Below are positions 9,801 to 19,495 of a stretch of DNA of 49,190 bases, piece by piece. Source of the stretch: a virus. Within the stretch, counting starts at the first letter, position 1. Each line of letters opens with the position of its first letter. The notes under the pieces are model-generated. The model did not search any database, was not told where the DNA came from, and worked only from the letters and a program-made list of their open reading frames with translations. The stretch is from the UHGV virus genome UHGV-0382366; one strand, 5' to 3'. The translations under genes were made by a program, and so were the position numbers.

Positions 9801-11393
9801 TGTTTTTCCGTCCTTCCCATCTTTTCCCGGGATTCCCTGATCCCCTTTTGGACCCTGTATACCATCCAATCCCGGAGCGCCTTGTGGACCCGGAGGTCCC
9901 TGTTCGCCTTGCTCTCCTTTCTCACCTTGCGGACCCTGTTCTCCGTCTTTTCCATCCTCTCCATCCATTACATCTGTAATCGTAACCTCGTAATACCCAC
10001 GTTTTATCCCATTTTCCATAGCCTCAAACGAGTACACCGCCTTTGTATCCACGTCCGTAGCATTTACCGTAACGCTCTTACCAACATAAAACTCATGCCC
10101 ATCCTTGCTCCATCGGAATTGTAGCTTGTCTGCCACATCCACGCCGTTATCGTAAGCGTAAGCGGTCAGAGTAGTGCTACCGATGCCATTTTTAAAGATA
10201 ATGCCGTTGTTTGTTGAGATAGAGCAAGTATAAACCTTATTTTTATTAATAAGGTCTTGCATCCTCTGTAATAAGCTGTCCGAAATTTCCGATGTCAGCT
10301 CTTTGTAGTTTGTAAATACCGTCTTTGCAGTTTTTGGATTGGTAAGACTCCTGATCTGTTCTGATACTCTTGCCTGTAGATAAAGGACTGGTGTCCACTC
10401 CTGATCCTGCATCCTTACCGTATCCCCGATGTTGGTGTCAAAATATCCGTCCACCTCGTAAGTCACCACCGGTTCAGATGCTGTTTTAAGATCAGACAGA
10501 GCCATGCTATAGAGCTTGTCCTTGCTGTCTGTATCGTACTCTTTACGCATCAGAATATAAGCATCAGCCTTATTTACGATGTTGGATGGGAACCGGTCCC
10601 TTGCCTGCGGTGCCCGGATGATTGCGCCGTCTGTAAAGTACTCGATATTCCCGTTCTCATCGTATTCTTTTTTGTCCAGTCCGTTGATCGTCAGCCCGTC
10701 TTTCCCGGTCGGCTGGATGCAGGTGTAAAGCTTCTCGGCATCTGTGGTTTTTCGAATTCCGGTAATTCCTTTCCCGTACCGCAGTACAATGTCATTCCGG
10801 TATTCTCCGACTCCGCTGTCTGTATCGGAGTGTTTCCGATATACATTTAGGACAATCTCTTTTAAAGAGTAGTCTCTGTTCAGTACTGTCTCAAATTCGA
10901 TCTCCGCAGAAAAGACATTAGCCAGGGAGAATAATCTCTTTAATACGGACGTTGTACCCGTCCACTCGTTGGTAATTCTCTTGTCTGATACCTCGTTGAG
11001 CCCCAATTTTAGCGTTCTCTCAGCATCAAATACGGCAAGGTACTCTTCAAAGCTCATTGCTTTTCCAGCTTTGTATTCTCCAGCATCCTCGTTAATAAGC
11101 TCAAACGACAGTGACCATGCCGTAGCAGTAATCGTCTGTTCCGTTTTATCGGTATTTACAATGTTTAAGTAGTATGATTTCCCCTTGTAAGTAAATGCCA
11201 CCTTATTCCCAGCTTTGATATGCTGTGCGTCTGGATGCTTTGCATTTACCGTAAAAGTGTAAGCATTCGCCGTACCCTGTAAGTATTCGTGTAGCCCATC
11301 ATTCCAGTAGTGCATGGACTTTTTATGCCCGTTGTCCATGTACGCTACTGGCGTGTTATTTGTGCTTAGAATCGCAATTCTGATGTTATCCAT
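6843..11393 (-). CDS. Tail-associated lysin / receptor-binding tail fibre protein (Tal, 1516 aa) with collagen-like G-X-Y tracts and internally duplicated domains.
   Basis: Position after Dit. Long G-X-Y runs ([22 protein letters not shown]..., [25 protein letters not shown]...). Two pairs of duplicated ~55-65-aa modules ([13 protein letters not shown]...; IT.YYL...GW.T.V...KYLWNYE). ATGA overlap with Dit. Confidence 0.8.
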   Translation of the reverse strand: MDNIRIAILSTNNTPVAYMDNGHKKSMHYWNDGLHEYLQGTANAYTFTVNAKHPDAQHIKAGNKVAFTYKGKSYYLNIVNTDKTEQTITATAWSLSFELINEDAGEYKAGKAMSFEEYLAVFDAERTLKLGLNEVSDKRITNEWTGTTSVLKRLFSLANVFSAEIEFETVLNRDYSLKEIVLNVYRKHSDTDSGVGEYRNDIVLRYGKGITGIRKTTDAEKLYTCIQPTGKDGLTINGLDKKEYDENGNIEYFTDGAIIRAPQARDRFPSNIVNKADAYILMRKEYDTDSKDKLYSMALSDLKTASEPVVTYEVDGYFDTNIGDTVRMQDQEWTPVLYLQARVSEQIRSLTNPKTAKTVFTNYKELTSEISDSLLQRMQDLINKNKVYTCSISTNNGIIFKNGIGSTTLTAYAYDNGVDVADKLQFRWSKDGHEFYVGKSVTVNATDVDTKAVYSFEAMENGIKRGYYEVTITDVMDGEDGKDGEQGPQGEKGEQGEQGPPGPQGAPGLDGIQGPKGDQGIPGKDGKDGKTQYTHIAYANSADGSKDFSVSDSNREYIGMYVDFIPNDSTDPTKYAWSKIKGANGENGTPGKPGADGKTPYLHIAYANSADGKTGFSTTDGTNKLYIGQYTDYTQADSTDATKYTWTKIKGENGKDGTNSRSYILEASDTAIKKGADGALTPSKITFRSFYRDGDSATRIPYNGRFKIEESTNGTSYSVKYTSSANESAKEYTPTATAKILRCTLYSADGTINALDTQSVVVLTDVDNLEIGGRNLLLNTGFNTFNYWIKGSNTKSLQMVNGWCEVTIGGTWSGFVQEFIPEKNVEYIVSYEAYLVDTVAETAVLETDFGTPDQNQTINKTPAKYSLKLKYPSTSLNGKIDFMLSNNEVGKKWRIRNIKLEKGNKATDWSPAPEDIETLVVTLSNDSQTVATDTNGNGGNFIDCSTKVQVYNGAQDVSEVATYTVTKSSGIAGTWDLSTRTYKVSALSTDNGWVDIKVTYNGNSITRRFTVSKSKQGAQGATGPQGDNGPQGPAGSSGRGIKTITEYYLISSAKTGITTASSGWSTSVPTMTATNKYLWNYEKFTFTDNTTATTTPKIIGIYGDKGATGATGPQGPQGNAGATGPQGPQGATGPKGPQGATGVTGPQGATGNGIKSITNYYLATASGSGVSASTSGWTTTVQAITASKKYLWNYEVVTYTNGSTYQSAPCIIGAYGDKGATGATGATGPSGIIVSSTAPSNPKVGQLWQTASGQPIKRWDGSRWVIHYIAVENLDVQTLSAIVANLGTVTAGLIKSKGGHFYINVDTGEIVSKSSDGTISVFVKKENIDMVRSFTASRYWGSRLNYSGLEFYSGGSSMADDIANGSMVCSIRGDEEMRDFSVTNINGDSIWLIRTIKQLTKSISYDSGTVKGPYTSTNSANNIRVELKRRGCMVTCKITMLAQFPGSGEYGPFNEVKIPVGYRPVVDFFAPYTEVSGPNIFRTGRYGIGKDGGIKIYVENAAFTERHATFTWITDD

Positions 11394-12862
11394 TACAAAT
11401 ATACCTCCCGTATTTTTGCTTTAATCTGCGGCGGTGGAGAAGAAAAGGAAGAGTAGCAGAACTGGACTTCCGTTGTTCCAGGTGGAACTTGAAAATAATC
11501 CGTCCCCGTAATCTCATCTCCTTTTGCCGGCATCCCGTTAACATAGACCTTTGTACTCTCTCCATTTATGGACACCACATCTCCAGCACGATACCGGTTC
11601 GGCACATCTCGGTATTTTTCCACGTTATCCTTACGGAACCAGATACTTTTTAAATAATTGTGCGTGACGTACTGGTTCGTGAGGTTTCTGTCTCCCCACT
11701 GCCCGATCCAGATCTGGATTTTTTCGCATTCCATATCCTTTATTTCCGGTATGTTTCTCTCCATATAGCTTCCATACCAGAAAATCCGCAGCTTTTCTCC
11801 CTCTTTTAAAAAGTCATTATGGCATCCCATTTTTAGGTTAAACGGATTGCCCTCGTAGGCTGTCGGCTGGAATTCCTCTCGTCTGATTAAGGTGTTCCCT
11901 GGGGCAAACCACTCGATACGCGCCGTATTTCCCGTGGCATCACTCTTGTTAATAGACATGGCGCAAATCACCTTGTTATCTCCAGTCAGAAATGCAATGG
12001 TCTGCGCTCCCGTCTGTCCCATCAATCCAGTCTCGAACCAGTGCTGGGTATAGCAGTAAAAGTTCTTTGCCCCACGTCTGCCCTCGCTGTCCACCGGGAT
12101 AGTAAGTGTTTTCATTCCACCGTTCCAGAATCCGGATGTTGCCTGTCCACCTTTTAATGCCATGACGTTATATCCGGCAACATTCTTGACTTCGAGCGTT
12201 CCTTGTGTTGTGTTTTCCGGATTCTGATAGGATGTACCATGATCGTCTTGAAACAGACTGTAACCGTTAAACAGTTCTTCAGATGCTTCGTAATTCTCTC
12301 CGTCCGCCTCTTCTTGCTTGCCGAGCTGGATCACTCCATACTGGCTGACCAATCCAATAAACCCGTTTTCATGCTGGTGCGTGATCTCGTAGCCCACATC
12401 CGCCCATTCGGTGCCGTTGTTTTGGATGGTAATTGTCTGGTAGCCGCTCTGCTGGACTCCATAAAAGTCGAATTCTGCGGTGGAGTATGCTACCCCGTCA
12501 GGGATTAGCCATGTGATTGTTCCCTCTCCCAGAAATTCCGTTTCTTCACTGAATTCTAAAGTACCACACGGAATTGCATAAAAGCATTTGTTCGGAACAT
12601 TACCAAACACTAACTTTTTTGGTTCATCTACTTTTAATGCTTTCTGTAAAGCATCGTACTTCTCTTCCAGATTACCCTCAATCGTAAACGGCATCACAAT
12701 TTGTTTGTTCTCGTATGACGTGTAAGCAAAATCACTTCCATTCTGTTTTTCTGCCTTCACAAACGATGGATTCCAGTCAGCACCGACAAACGGTGTAAAT
12801 CCCTGTAGTACTTTGATGTACTTTCCTAATTCGATGTCATTGAACTTCACAGAAAGTGTCAT
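11393..12862 (-). CDS. Distal tail protein (Dit)-like siphovirus tail protein, 489 aa (longer than a minimal Dit, probably with an inserted binding domain).
   Basis: Gene order TMP-Dit-Tal. Start overlaps the TMP stop. Confidence 0.65.
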   Translation of the reverse strand: MTLSVKFNDIELGKYIKVLQGFTPFVGADWNPSFVKAEKQNGSDFAYTSYENKQIVMPFTIEGNLEEKYDALQKALKVDEPKKLVFGNVPNKCFYAIPCGTLEFSEETEFLGEGTITWLIPDGVAYSTAEFDFYGVQQSGYQTITIQNNGTEWADVGYEITHQHENGFIGLVSQYGVIQLGKQEEADGENYEASEELFNGYSLFQDDHGTSYQNPENTTQGTLEVKNVAGYNVMALKGGQATSGFWNGGMKTLTIPVDSEGRRGAKNFYCYTQHWFETGLMGQTGAQTIAFLTGDNKVICAMSINKSDATGNTARIEWFAPGNTLIRREEFQPTAYEGNPFNLKMGCHNDFLKEGEKLRIFWYGSYMERNIPEIKDMECEKIQIWIGQWGDRNLTNQYVTHNYLKSIWFRKDNVEKYRDVPNRYRAGDVVSINGESTKVYVNGMPAKGDEITGTDYFQVPPGTTEVQFCYSSFSSPPPQIKAKIREVYL

Positions 12863-15800
12863 ATACGTTCTCCTTTCAGTAATTTCTTAAAATCTGTAAT
12901 TCTTTGCTGTTCTGTCAGCATTGGAGCTGCTGTTTCTTTAATCAATTCTCTTCCATTCAGTGTTGTGCTTACTTCGATCGGACGTTTTGCCAGATCAGAA
13001 AGTCCTGCCACTGCACTCATAATCGCCTGATTCTGCTGCTGAAGCTTTCTGATTTCTGCGTTATCCATCTTGTACTGCATAACAGATGTTGCTGGACGAT
13101 TTGCCACTCTGGATGCATTAAAAGCCATGACCTCTCGCATCCGTGCTGAAACAGCGGACAGATCAATAGATTCCAGTGCTGCGTTTGAAATATTTCGGGA
13201 AGATTTTACAACTGACTTTTCTTCATCCTTAATACCCAACGCCAGACCTTTACTGAAGAATTGACCAAATTCCCTTGTTTTTTTGGATGGGGAATGCTCA
13301 TCAAGTGCTCTCTTAGCTGCCGATAATGCATTGGCCGCCAAATTCGCAGCTGCATTTATTGCGCCTCCAATCCAATCAGAAATACCAGAAACAAATCCCT
13401 CTCCAAATCCAGAACCCGCATCACGACCACTTTTTGACCGCGCTCCAGAGTCTGCCGCATTTGAGAGCTCCTTTCCGCCTGCTCTTGACTGTCCTGATTG
13501 GCTTTTCACTCCTGATGAGTACTGCTTCCCAAATTGAACTCCTGTACTTGTAGGATTTACTGAACGTGATCCGTCATTTGCTTTATTTGCTAAATCACTT
13601 CCTTGTCCAAATAAAGCTCCCATCATACTGGAAATTCCGCTTTTTAAGATACTTGCAAAACTCATTCCTGTACTGAAAGGATTTACCGATGCAGCTCCCT
13701 CATTTGCTGCATCCGCATTGGATTTTCCTTGAAGTCTGGAATTTTCTTTTTGATCTCCAACTCCAAGGCCAAAGAAATTCATAATACTTGCACCTATTCC
13801 ACGCGCTTTTTCACCGATGCTTTCTTCGCCCATTGCATTTAGAAAATCAGAAACAACACTTTTTCCTTTTTCTAGAAGACTCTCCTTTCCTTCTTCTAAT
13901 CCCTCTATAGCTCCAGGATTAACTTGAGCAAAAATTGCCTTTACCTCACGAGAAGGGGAATGTACTCCAAGTGCCTCTTTTATCTTATTTAAGAAATTAT
14001 CAGATGTATTCTGTGCCTGCGTCAGTAATTCTGGCTCGTCTTCCCTGAATCCATCAACAGCACCTTGCAACGCATTTTTGAAAATCTCTTTTTGCTTTTT
14101 GGGCAAATTATCAAAATTGTCAATCAGTGAATCGACAATAGCTTGAGAAGATGCATCCAACTCTCCACCATACAAAGATGTTTCTGCAATCATTGCAAGC
14201 CATGCGCTAGCCTGCTCTGCTTGTGCATCAGTCAAACTGTCCGCAAGACCTGAACGTATTTCAGCTAATCTCTGCTTATGTTCTTCATTTATTCTTTCTA
14301 CTTCTACAAAATATTCGTATTCCGCAGAAGCCGAGTCTTGATGTAACTCCTCCATTTTCCGCTTCTTTTCAGCTTCTGCATTTGCAAGTTCATCATTATG
14401 ACGTTTCTGTTCTTCTAGTTCTCTCTTGTTTGAAGCTTCTACATTAGCGAAATACTCATTTGCAGCATCCATTCTCTGCGCAAATCCTTGTTGAATAATA
14501 TTTAAAGTATCCGCAGATTCTCTATTCGCATCTGTCACTGCTTGTTGATATCTTTGTTGAGCTGCCTGAGCCTGTTGGTTGTACCATTCCTGCGTATATT
14601 GTTCTGACGTTCCTACCAACTGCTTATTGATAGCATTTGTCTCTATCATTTGAGAATATGCTTTTTCAACAACTGCATCTCTTGTCTGGACAGCACTGTT
14701 GATGATCTTTTGCGCCGAAGTTGCGTATTCTTCTGCCGTTCCTGAATGCGTGGATGCCAATGTCTCTGCTGAACTTTTCACTGCATCTTGGTATGCCTGT
14801 TGATATGCAAGTTCTTGTTCAGTAAGCTGCCGCATTTGCGTAAACAGATCTTGTAACCTCTGTATTTCTGTTTCTGTGAGTTGGCGCCTTTCTTCCGTTG
14901 CGGTTCTTGCAATTTCTGTAATTTCGCTCTGCACCGCATCCATTTTCCCAGAAAGTTCACCTTGTACCTCTGATGAAACGATAATAGAATCATTAAAGTC
15001 ATCAAATATACTTCCAGCTTTTGATACTTCTGATAAATATCCAGTAATACCTTCCCCTATTTTTCCATAGGAATCTCCCAGTTTATCATTTGCACTCTCT
15101 AATTCTTTACTTGCATCTACCTGAGTTGCACATGCTAATGCCAACCCTGTTGTTGCAGCCGCTATCCCAGCAATAACCAAACCTGTTGGACTGGCAGACA
15201 TTGCCACAGAAAATGCTTTTTGAGCTTTAGTTGCAAGATTCGTAGCCACTGTTGTTGCCTTTATCGTTGCGTTATAAGCTGTGTATGCGGCTGTTGCACT
15301 TCCTGCAACAACTACCAGCCTATCTAAATTCTCACCTGCAAAATCCAACGCCTTTGTCAATGGCGGAAGAGCTGTTGAAGCCAATTTGCCAACGACTTTA
15401 ATCAGAGAATCAAATGTTTTCTCTGCAGTCTTTCCAGCTTTTTTCAATCCTCCGTCACTCAATGACTCTGCCACTGCATCAATCGCATCCTCAACTGGTT
15501 CTTGCAATTTGTCCGGCAACAATTCTGCCAGACCAGATGCCATAGACTCCGCCATCTCTCCGGCCGCACCGAGAATCCTTCCTTTGTTCGAAGCAATTCC
15601 AGAAGCAAAGGATTCTATGAAATCCACTGCTGTATCCACCATTTCTGGGGCATGGGATGCTGCTTCTACTGCAAGATTGGCAAATTCATCACCGGCTGTC
15701 TGTATTGCTTCATTCAGACCACCGTTATTGAAAGAATCCGTGATATTGTTGATGCTTTCTGTTGCCGTCTTTGCTGCATTTTTCAGATTGTCCGCTACAC

Positions 15801-16833
15801 TGTTGTAAAACGCCAGGCCTAATGTTTCTGCTGATCCACCAAGCTGCTCCAATGCACCAGATAGATTGTCCTGCATTGTTTCTGCTGCCTTTTGAGCTGC
15901 ACCATCACAGTTCTTATAGGCATTCGTCAGTTCTCCGAGAGAACCTTCTCCCTCATTGATCAATGCCAGCATACCGGACAATGCTTCTTGTCCATACAGG
16001 GTGACCAGATAATTATTTTTCTGCTCATCCGTCATTCCCTCTGTTGCCTGTCTGAGCATTCCAACCTGTTCCGTCAGGGATTTCATTTTCCCGTTGGAAT
16101 CGTAGAAGGAAATTCCAAGTTCATCCATAGCCTCAGACATGTCTTTCGTTGGCTTTGAAAGCCGTGATAACGCTCCTCTTAAAGAAGTACCAGCCTGACT
16201 GCCATTCACTCCGGCATTCGCCATGATTCCGATTGCCGCTGCTGTCTCTTCCAAACTAAGTCCTGCTGCCCTTGCAAGAGGAGCTATATACTTCATTGCC
16301 TCTCCGGTATCTGCTACAGAGGAATTCGTACGGTTTGCATTCGCCGCCAGAACATCCGCAACGTGTGCTGCATCGGATGCCGCCAGTCCAAATCCTCTTA
16401 ACGTTGATGCTGCAATATCCGAACTGCTCGCCAGATCTTCACCGGATGCCGCTGCCAGATTTAAAAGTCCCGGCATTGCACTCATAATCTCGGATGTAGT
16501 AAAACCAGCTGCTGCCAGATTCTCCATTCCCTCTGCTGCCTGACTGGCAGAAAACGAGGTATCAGCACCTAACTGCATTGCCTGTTCCTTTAATTGCTCA
16601 AACTCTTCTCCTGTTGCTCCGGAGATAGCCTTAACTCTAGACATCTGAGATTCAAAATCAGAACCCACCTTGATTGCCGCTGCTGCAACTCCACCAAGTG
16701 CTGCTGCAGTTCCCGTGATCGCTACCGTTGCCGCTTTCATCCCTTTTGCTGTTATACTCCCAAGCTTTGAAAGTCCTTTTTCTATCCCGGAAGAATCCAG
16801 ATCTGTTTCAATTACAACTTTTCCATCTGCCAT
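12859..16833 (-). CDS. Tail tape-measure protein (1324 aa).
   Basis: Very long Ala/Gly/Ser-rich alpha-helical protein with hydrophobic segments and coiled-coil central region. Position before Dit/Tal. Confidence 0.9.
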   Translation of the reverse strand: MADGKVVIETDLDSSGIEKGLSKLGSITAKGMKAATVAITGTAAALGGVAAAAIKVGSDFESQMSRVKAISGATGEEFEQLKEQAMQLGADTSFSASQAAEGMENLAAAGFTTSEIMSAMPGLLNLAAASGEDLASSSDIAASTLRGFGLAASDAAHVADVLAANANRTNSSVADTGEAMKYIAPLARAAGLSLEETAAAIGIMANAGVNGSQAGTSLRGALSRLSKPTKDMSEAMDELGISFYDSNGKMKSLTEQVGMLRQATEGMTDEQKNNYLVTLYGQEALSGMLALINEGEGSLGELTNAYKNCDGAAQKAAETMQDNLSGALEQLGGSAETLGLAFYNSVADNLKNAAKTATESINNITDSFNNGGLNEAIQTAGDEFANLAVEAASHAPEMVDTAVDFIESFASGIASNKGRILGAAGEMAESMASGLAELLPDKLQEPVEDAIDAVAESLSDGGLKKAGKTAEKTFDSLIKVVGKLASTALPPLTKALDFAGENLDRLVVVAGSATAAYTAYNATIKATTVATNLATKAQKAFSVAMSASPTGLVIAGIAAATTGLALACATQVDASKELESANDKLGDSYGKIGEGITGYLSEVSKAGSIFDDFNDSIIVSSEVQGELSGKMDAVQSEITEIARTATEERRQLTETEIQRLQDLFTQMRQLTEQELAYQQAYQDAVKSSAETLASTHSGTAEEYATSAQKIINSAVQTRDAVVEKAYSQMIETNAINKQLVGTSEQYTQEWYNQQAQAAQQRYQQAVTDANRESADTLNIIQQGFAQRMDAANEYFANVEASNKRELEEQKRHNDELANAEAEKKRKMEELHQDSASAEYEYFVEVERINEEHKQRLAEIRSGLADSLTDAQAEQASAWLAMIAETSLYGGELDASSQAIVDSLIDNFDNLPKKQKEIFKNALQGAVDGFREDEPELLTQAQNTSDNFLNKIKEALGVHSPSREVKAIFAQVNPGAIEGLEEGKESLLEKGKSVVSDFLNAMGEESIGEKARGIGASIMNFFGLGVGDQKENSRLQGKSNADAANEGAASVNPFSTGMSFASILKSGISSMMGALFGQGSDLANKANDGSRSVNPTSTGVQFGKQYSSGVKSQSGQSRAGGKELSNAADSGARSKSGRDAGSGFGEGFVSGISDWIGGAINAAANLAANALSAAKRALDEHSPSKKTREFGQFFSKGLALGIKDEEKSVVKSSRNISNAALESIDLSAVSARMREVMAFNASRVANRPATSVMQYKMDNAEIRKLQQQNQAIMSAVAGLSDLAKRPIEVSTTLNGRELIKETAAPMLTEQQRITDFKKLLKGERI

Positions 16834-16860
16834 TTACTCACCACCTCGTGTTAAAAATTT

Positions 16861-16903
16861 GTATAAAAAGAGCACCTACCATTTCTGATAGATGCCCTGA
16901 TTA
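16861..16903. repeat. Copy 1 of a ~40-bp conserved element (gtataaaaagAGCACCTACCAtttctGATAGATGCcctgatt), 28 nt upstream of the TMP start. Copy 2 is at 28476..28517.
   Basis: About 34 of 40 positions identical between the two copies, same orientation, both just upstream of large structural genes. Confidence 0.5.
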
Positions 16904-16913
16904 CTGTATTTAG

Positions 16914-17057
16914 TTATTTGACCGGATTTCCAGTACAGCCTTGCATAAAGGCATATACGCGATTTATATGACATTCGTCCATTTCTTTCAGCTTGCTGAT
17001 AATGAAGTTCTTCTTATATTTAGCCGCTGTGCTTAATTTCTCTCTATTCTCTTTCAT
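16914..17057 (-). CDS. Small hypothetical protein (47 aa) translationally coupled (TAATG) to the upstream gene.
   Basis: RBS GAGGTGG. Below the 60-aa cutoff of the ORF track, found by reading the - strand. Confidence 0.35.
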   Translation of the reverse strand: MKENREKLSTAAKYKKNFIISKLKEMDECHINRVYAFMQGCTGNPVK

Positions 17058-17476
17058 TACGCCACCTCACTACTTGCCAGATTTTTAGCGAACCGTTCTA
17101 CAAGTTCCAAACACTCTTCATTTTCCATATTCTCCACAATCTTCACAATGGATTTCTTACGATCACACTGCTCTGTATCTGGAAGTCTGTCACGTTTATC
17201 CAAATACCTGTATAAGATTGCTTCTATCTGGCGTTTAATTCTATAATCTTCCGGTCTTAACTGCGACAAGAGGCTCTGAAACTGATTATTTTCCGCTTTA
17301 GTATTGTTCGCTTTTTCTGCTCTCTGCCCTTGCATATAGCCAAATCTAAATGATGATAACGCAAGCTCAAAGTCGCCGGGAGCATGGTTCAACAAATCTT
17401 CTGCCTGTTCAAATTTCATTCTAAATGCAACAGGGATCATCAAGTTTTCTCTCTTAATTTTTTCATATAAATTCAT
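17057..17476 (-). CDS. Hypothetical protein (139 aa from MNLYEK).
   Basis: RBS GGAGGTG before ATG 17476. No recognisable domain. Confidence 0.5.
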   Translation of the reverse strand: MNLYEKIKRENLMIPVAFRMKFEQAEDLLNHAPGDFELALSSFRFGYMQGQRAEKANNTKAENNQFQSLLSQLRPEDYRIKRQIEAILYRYLDKRDRLPDTEQCDRKKSIVKIVENMENEECLELVERFAKNLASSEVA

Positions 17477-17578
17477 CTTACGCCACCTCCTGATATACAA
17501 CTTTACATTTATTCGTATTACCATTTGATAACCGATGCTCAATGAGTGTGGGATACCCATTTTCCTCCAGCCATTCTT

Positions 17579-18262
17579 TTACCTTCTGGAAAACAGAATC
17601 TTTATATTGATAACGCCGTCATGTCCATTCCTGCTATAAGCTGTCTTTACAATTTCGTCCTCTGAAACATCCAACTTCTGAATGATAGCACTTACTGCCT
17701 TATCGTGTGGTCTGCCACTTTCCGATAAAATACCAAACTCTTTCGCCATCGTAGTACAATCCCACAAGACCGGAACTTCTGAAATCAGCGGCACTTTCAC
17801 TGGATACCCGTTGTCTGAATAAATGCGGATAATTTCAGCAGCTATGTACTTAGAGTCTACTCCTGCATCATTGAGAGCACCTTTGATGTTCTTTACCATC
17901 TGATTGACGGATGGGAGTTTTTCTTTGTGGGTAGGTTTCTTCTTTAACGGAATACCTTCTCGAATCGTATCTTCCATATCGTGAAAACGGTTGATGTACT
18001 TCGCTGTGAACTCTGTACCTTTTAATCCGGTCAACTTGTGAGCGATAAATTCACAACCTTTCTTAGTGACATTGTAGCAAGGATACTCTTTTCCTCTACC
18101 ATTTACATAAGTTGATTCTGTGAAAAAATCTGACTGAGGAATTTTCCCCAGTGAAAGTTGTTCGCAATATCTACGAATATCTTTCATCAAGTCATTGTGT
18201 GCTTTTCCTACCATTTCTGCTACTTCCATACTGCTGATTGTCTGTTCAATTCTTTTTTCCAT
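17579..18262 (-). CDS. Phage regulatory protein Rha-family (ORF6N-type) antirepressor-like protein.
   Basis: N-terminal ...VAEMVGKAHNDLMKDIRRY...CYNVTKKGCEFIAHKLTG matches the Rha/ORF6N pattern also seen at 46558 and 48236. Confidence 0.65.
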   Translation of the reverse strand: MEKRIEQTISSMEVAEMVGKAHNDLMKDIRRYCEQLSLGKIPQSDFFTESTYVNGRGKEYPCYNVTKKGCEFIAHKLTGLKGTEFTAKYINRFHDMEDTIREGIPLKKKPTHKEKLPSVNQMVKNIKGALNDAGVDSKYIAAEIIRIYSDNGYPVKVPLISEVPVLWDCTTMAKEFGILSESGRPHDKAVSAIIQKLDVSEDEIVKTAYSRNGHDGVINIKILFSRR

Positions 18263-18274
18263 GATCGATTCCTC

Positions 18275-18945
18275 CTACTTATTTGAAACTACACTAAACA
18301 ATTTTCTCAATCTTCTTTTCGGCTTCTGAGCTTTATATCTCTCACCTGTTTCGTTATTCACCAAATAATTTCCTTCCTTATGATAGGTGGGAATAGAAAT
18401 ACCTTGTTCTTCCATAAATTCTACGAAAATATCACGTCCACCATTTAGACGGTGCATCTGATTGATGATTCCCATCCAATGAATTGCGTATTCCATAATG
18501 TGAGGATTCCAGTACTCCAGTAAAAACTCGCTGGCTTTTTCCTCTCCGATAGGTGCATCATATCCCAAACGTGCCATATAATCTTTGGTGTAGAAATAAT
18601 CTTTACACCCATATTTTTCACATCATAGTCCTTGGCAATAGGAAATATCTCCATGAACTGTCTCGGTGTGATTTTTGCAACCATCTGATTGATAAATTCT
18701 ACAATGAAGAACCACGATTGTGTTTCCTCTTGAGAGCAGTCAGAATTATTGTCAAAAACATGTTCAATAAATTTAATGGACAGATATAATATTTGTTTGA
18801 ATTGATCCGGTCTTTCCTGCCAGAGTCTTTCTAAATCGTAACTGCCATTTGCATCTGTAATTCGCTCCAACGCTCTTGCATAGTGTTCTCTTTTCGGCTT
18901 GTAATCGATCAGTTTCTTTCCATCTAATACATAGAAATTGTACAT
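18275..18945 (-). pseudogene. Hypothetical ~225-aa gene split into two overlapping frames (18445..18945 and 18275..18577). Apparent frameshift in a T5/A5 run at about 18614-18618.
   Basis: Adding one A in GTGAAAAATATGGG restores a continuous, protein-like reading frame (…DYDVKKYGCKDYFYTKDYMARLGYDAPIGEE…). The downstream part of the first frame is W-rich and non-protein-like. Confidence 0.4.
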
Positions 18946-19063
18946 AAAAGTCTCCTTTCAATATTTAATTCTTGAAAGAAGCTTCATTCTGCATTATAAT
19001 ATTTACAGAAGGAAACTTCTTGGTTGAAGTACTCGGTTGTCTTGGTAGGATTACGGGTACTTC

Positions 19064-19246
19064 TTATTTTTTTAGTTCTTCGTCGATTTTTTCATTAAGC
19101 CATTCTGATTTTGTCTTTTGCTGCTCAGATAATTTTTGTTCAAATTTCAACATTTTTTTCTTATCTACAGCTACACTAAATGTTTTCTGTGTTTCCCTTC
19201 TGGCTTTCATGTAATCGGCTCTGCTTTTCTCCGCGATTGTTCTCAC
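19064..19246 (-). CDS. Small ribbon-helix-helix (CopG/Arc-like) DNA-binding protein (48-60 aa depending on start).
   Basis: Beta-strand KTFSVAVDKK followed by helix MLKFEQKLSEQQKTKSEWLNEKI. Preceded by a promoter with palindromic operators. Confidence 0.5.
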   Translation of the reverse strand: MRTIAEKSRADYMKARRETQKTFSVAVDKKKMLKFEQKLSEQQKTKSEWLNEKIDEELKK

Positions 19247-19252
19247 CTCTTT

Positions 19253-19299
19253 TCGTTACGCGTTACATACAATATATTACTGTTACGCGTAATTGTCAA
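19253..19299 (-). promoter_or_regulatory. Sigma-A promoter (-35 TTGACA, 17-nt spacer, -10 TATATT) with two copies of the palindrome TTACGCGTAA (one inside the spacer, one over the +1 region).
   Basis: Read from the - strand. A palindromic operator arrangement typical of an autoregulated RHH or HTH gene. Confidence 0.5.
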
Positions 19300-19323
19300 G
19301 AGGTTTTTCAAAATTTTTCCATC

Positions 19324-19437
19324 CTACCTTATGGAATTAAAATAAGACACAGCATTTCGCCATGTCTTTCTGTTCTTTCCAGGGAGATCAGGAACATACC
19401 CTGAAAGGGCTCCTCCCCGATATTCAATTAACTTCAT
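19324..19437 (-). CDS. HicB-like antitoxin N-terminal fragment (37 aa, MKLIEYRGGALSGYVPDLPG...), truncated.
   Basis: GGxxxGYVPDLPG is the hallmark HicB N-domain motif. Strong RBS AAGGAG. The ORF stops before the usual HicB continuation. No HicA partner found. Confidence 0.3.
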   Translation of the reverse strand: MKLIEYRGGALSGYVPDLPGKNRKTWRNAVSYFNSIR

Positions 19438-19495
19438 TTATATTCTCCTTAAAATTGGGTATAAGAAAACCACCTATCGAAGTAAATGGATTTCA

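Noticed and set aside
9353-9964. 203-aa antisense ORF inside the Tal gene (and similar ones at 7953, 8593, 9776, 9789)
   Set aside because: These lie opposite or within the collagen-repeat coding region. Their repetitive, low-complexity translations are by-products of the G-X-Y repeats.
13070-16543. Multiple 60-175-aa + strand ORFs inside the tape-measure gene
   Set aside because: Ala/Ser/Pro-rich shadows of the TMP reading frame, without RBSs.
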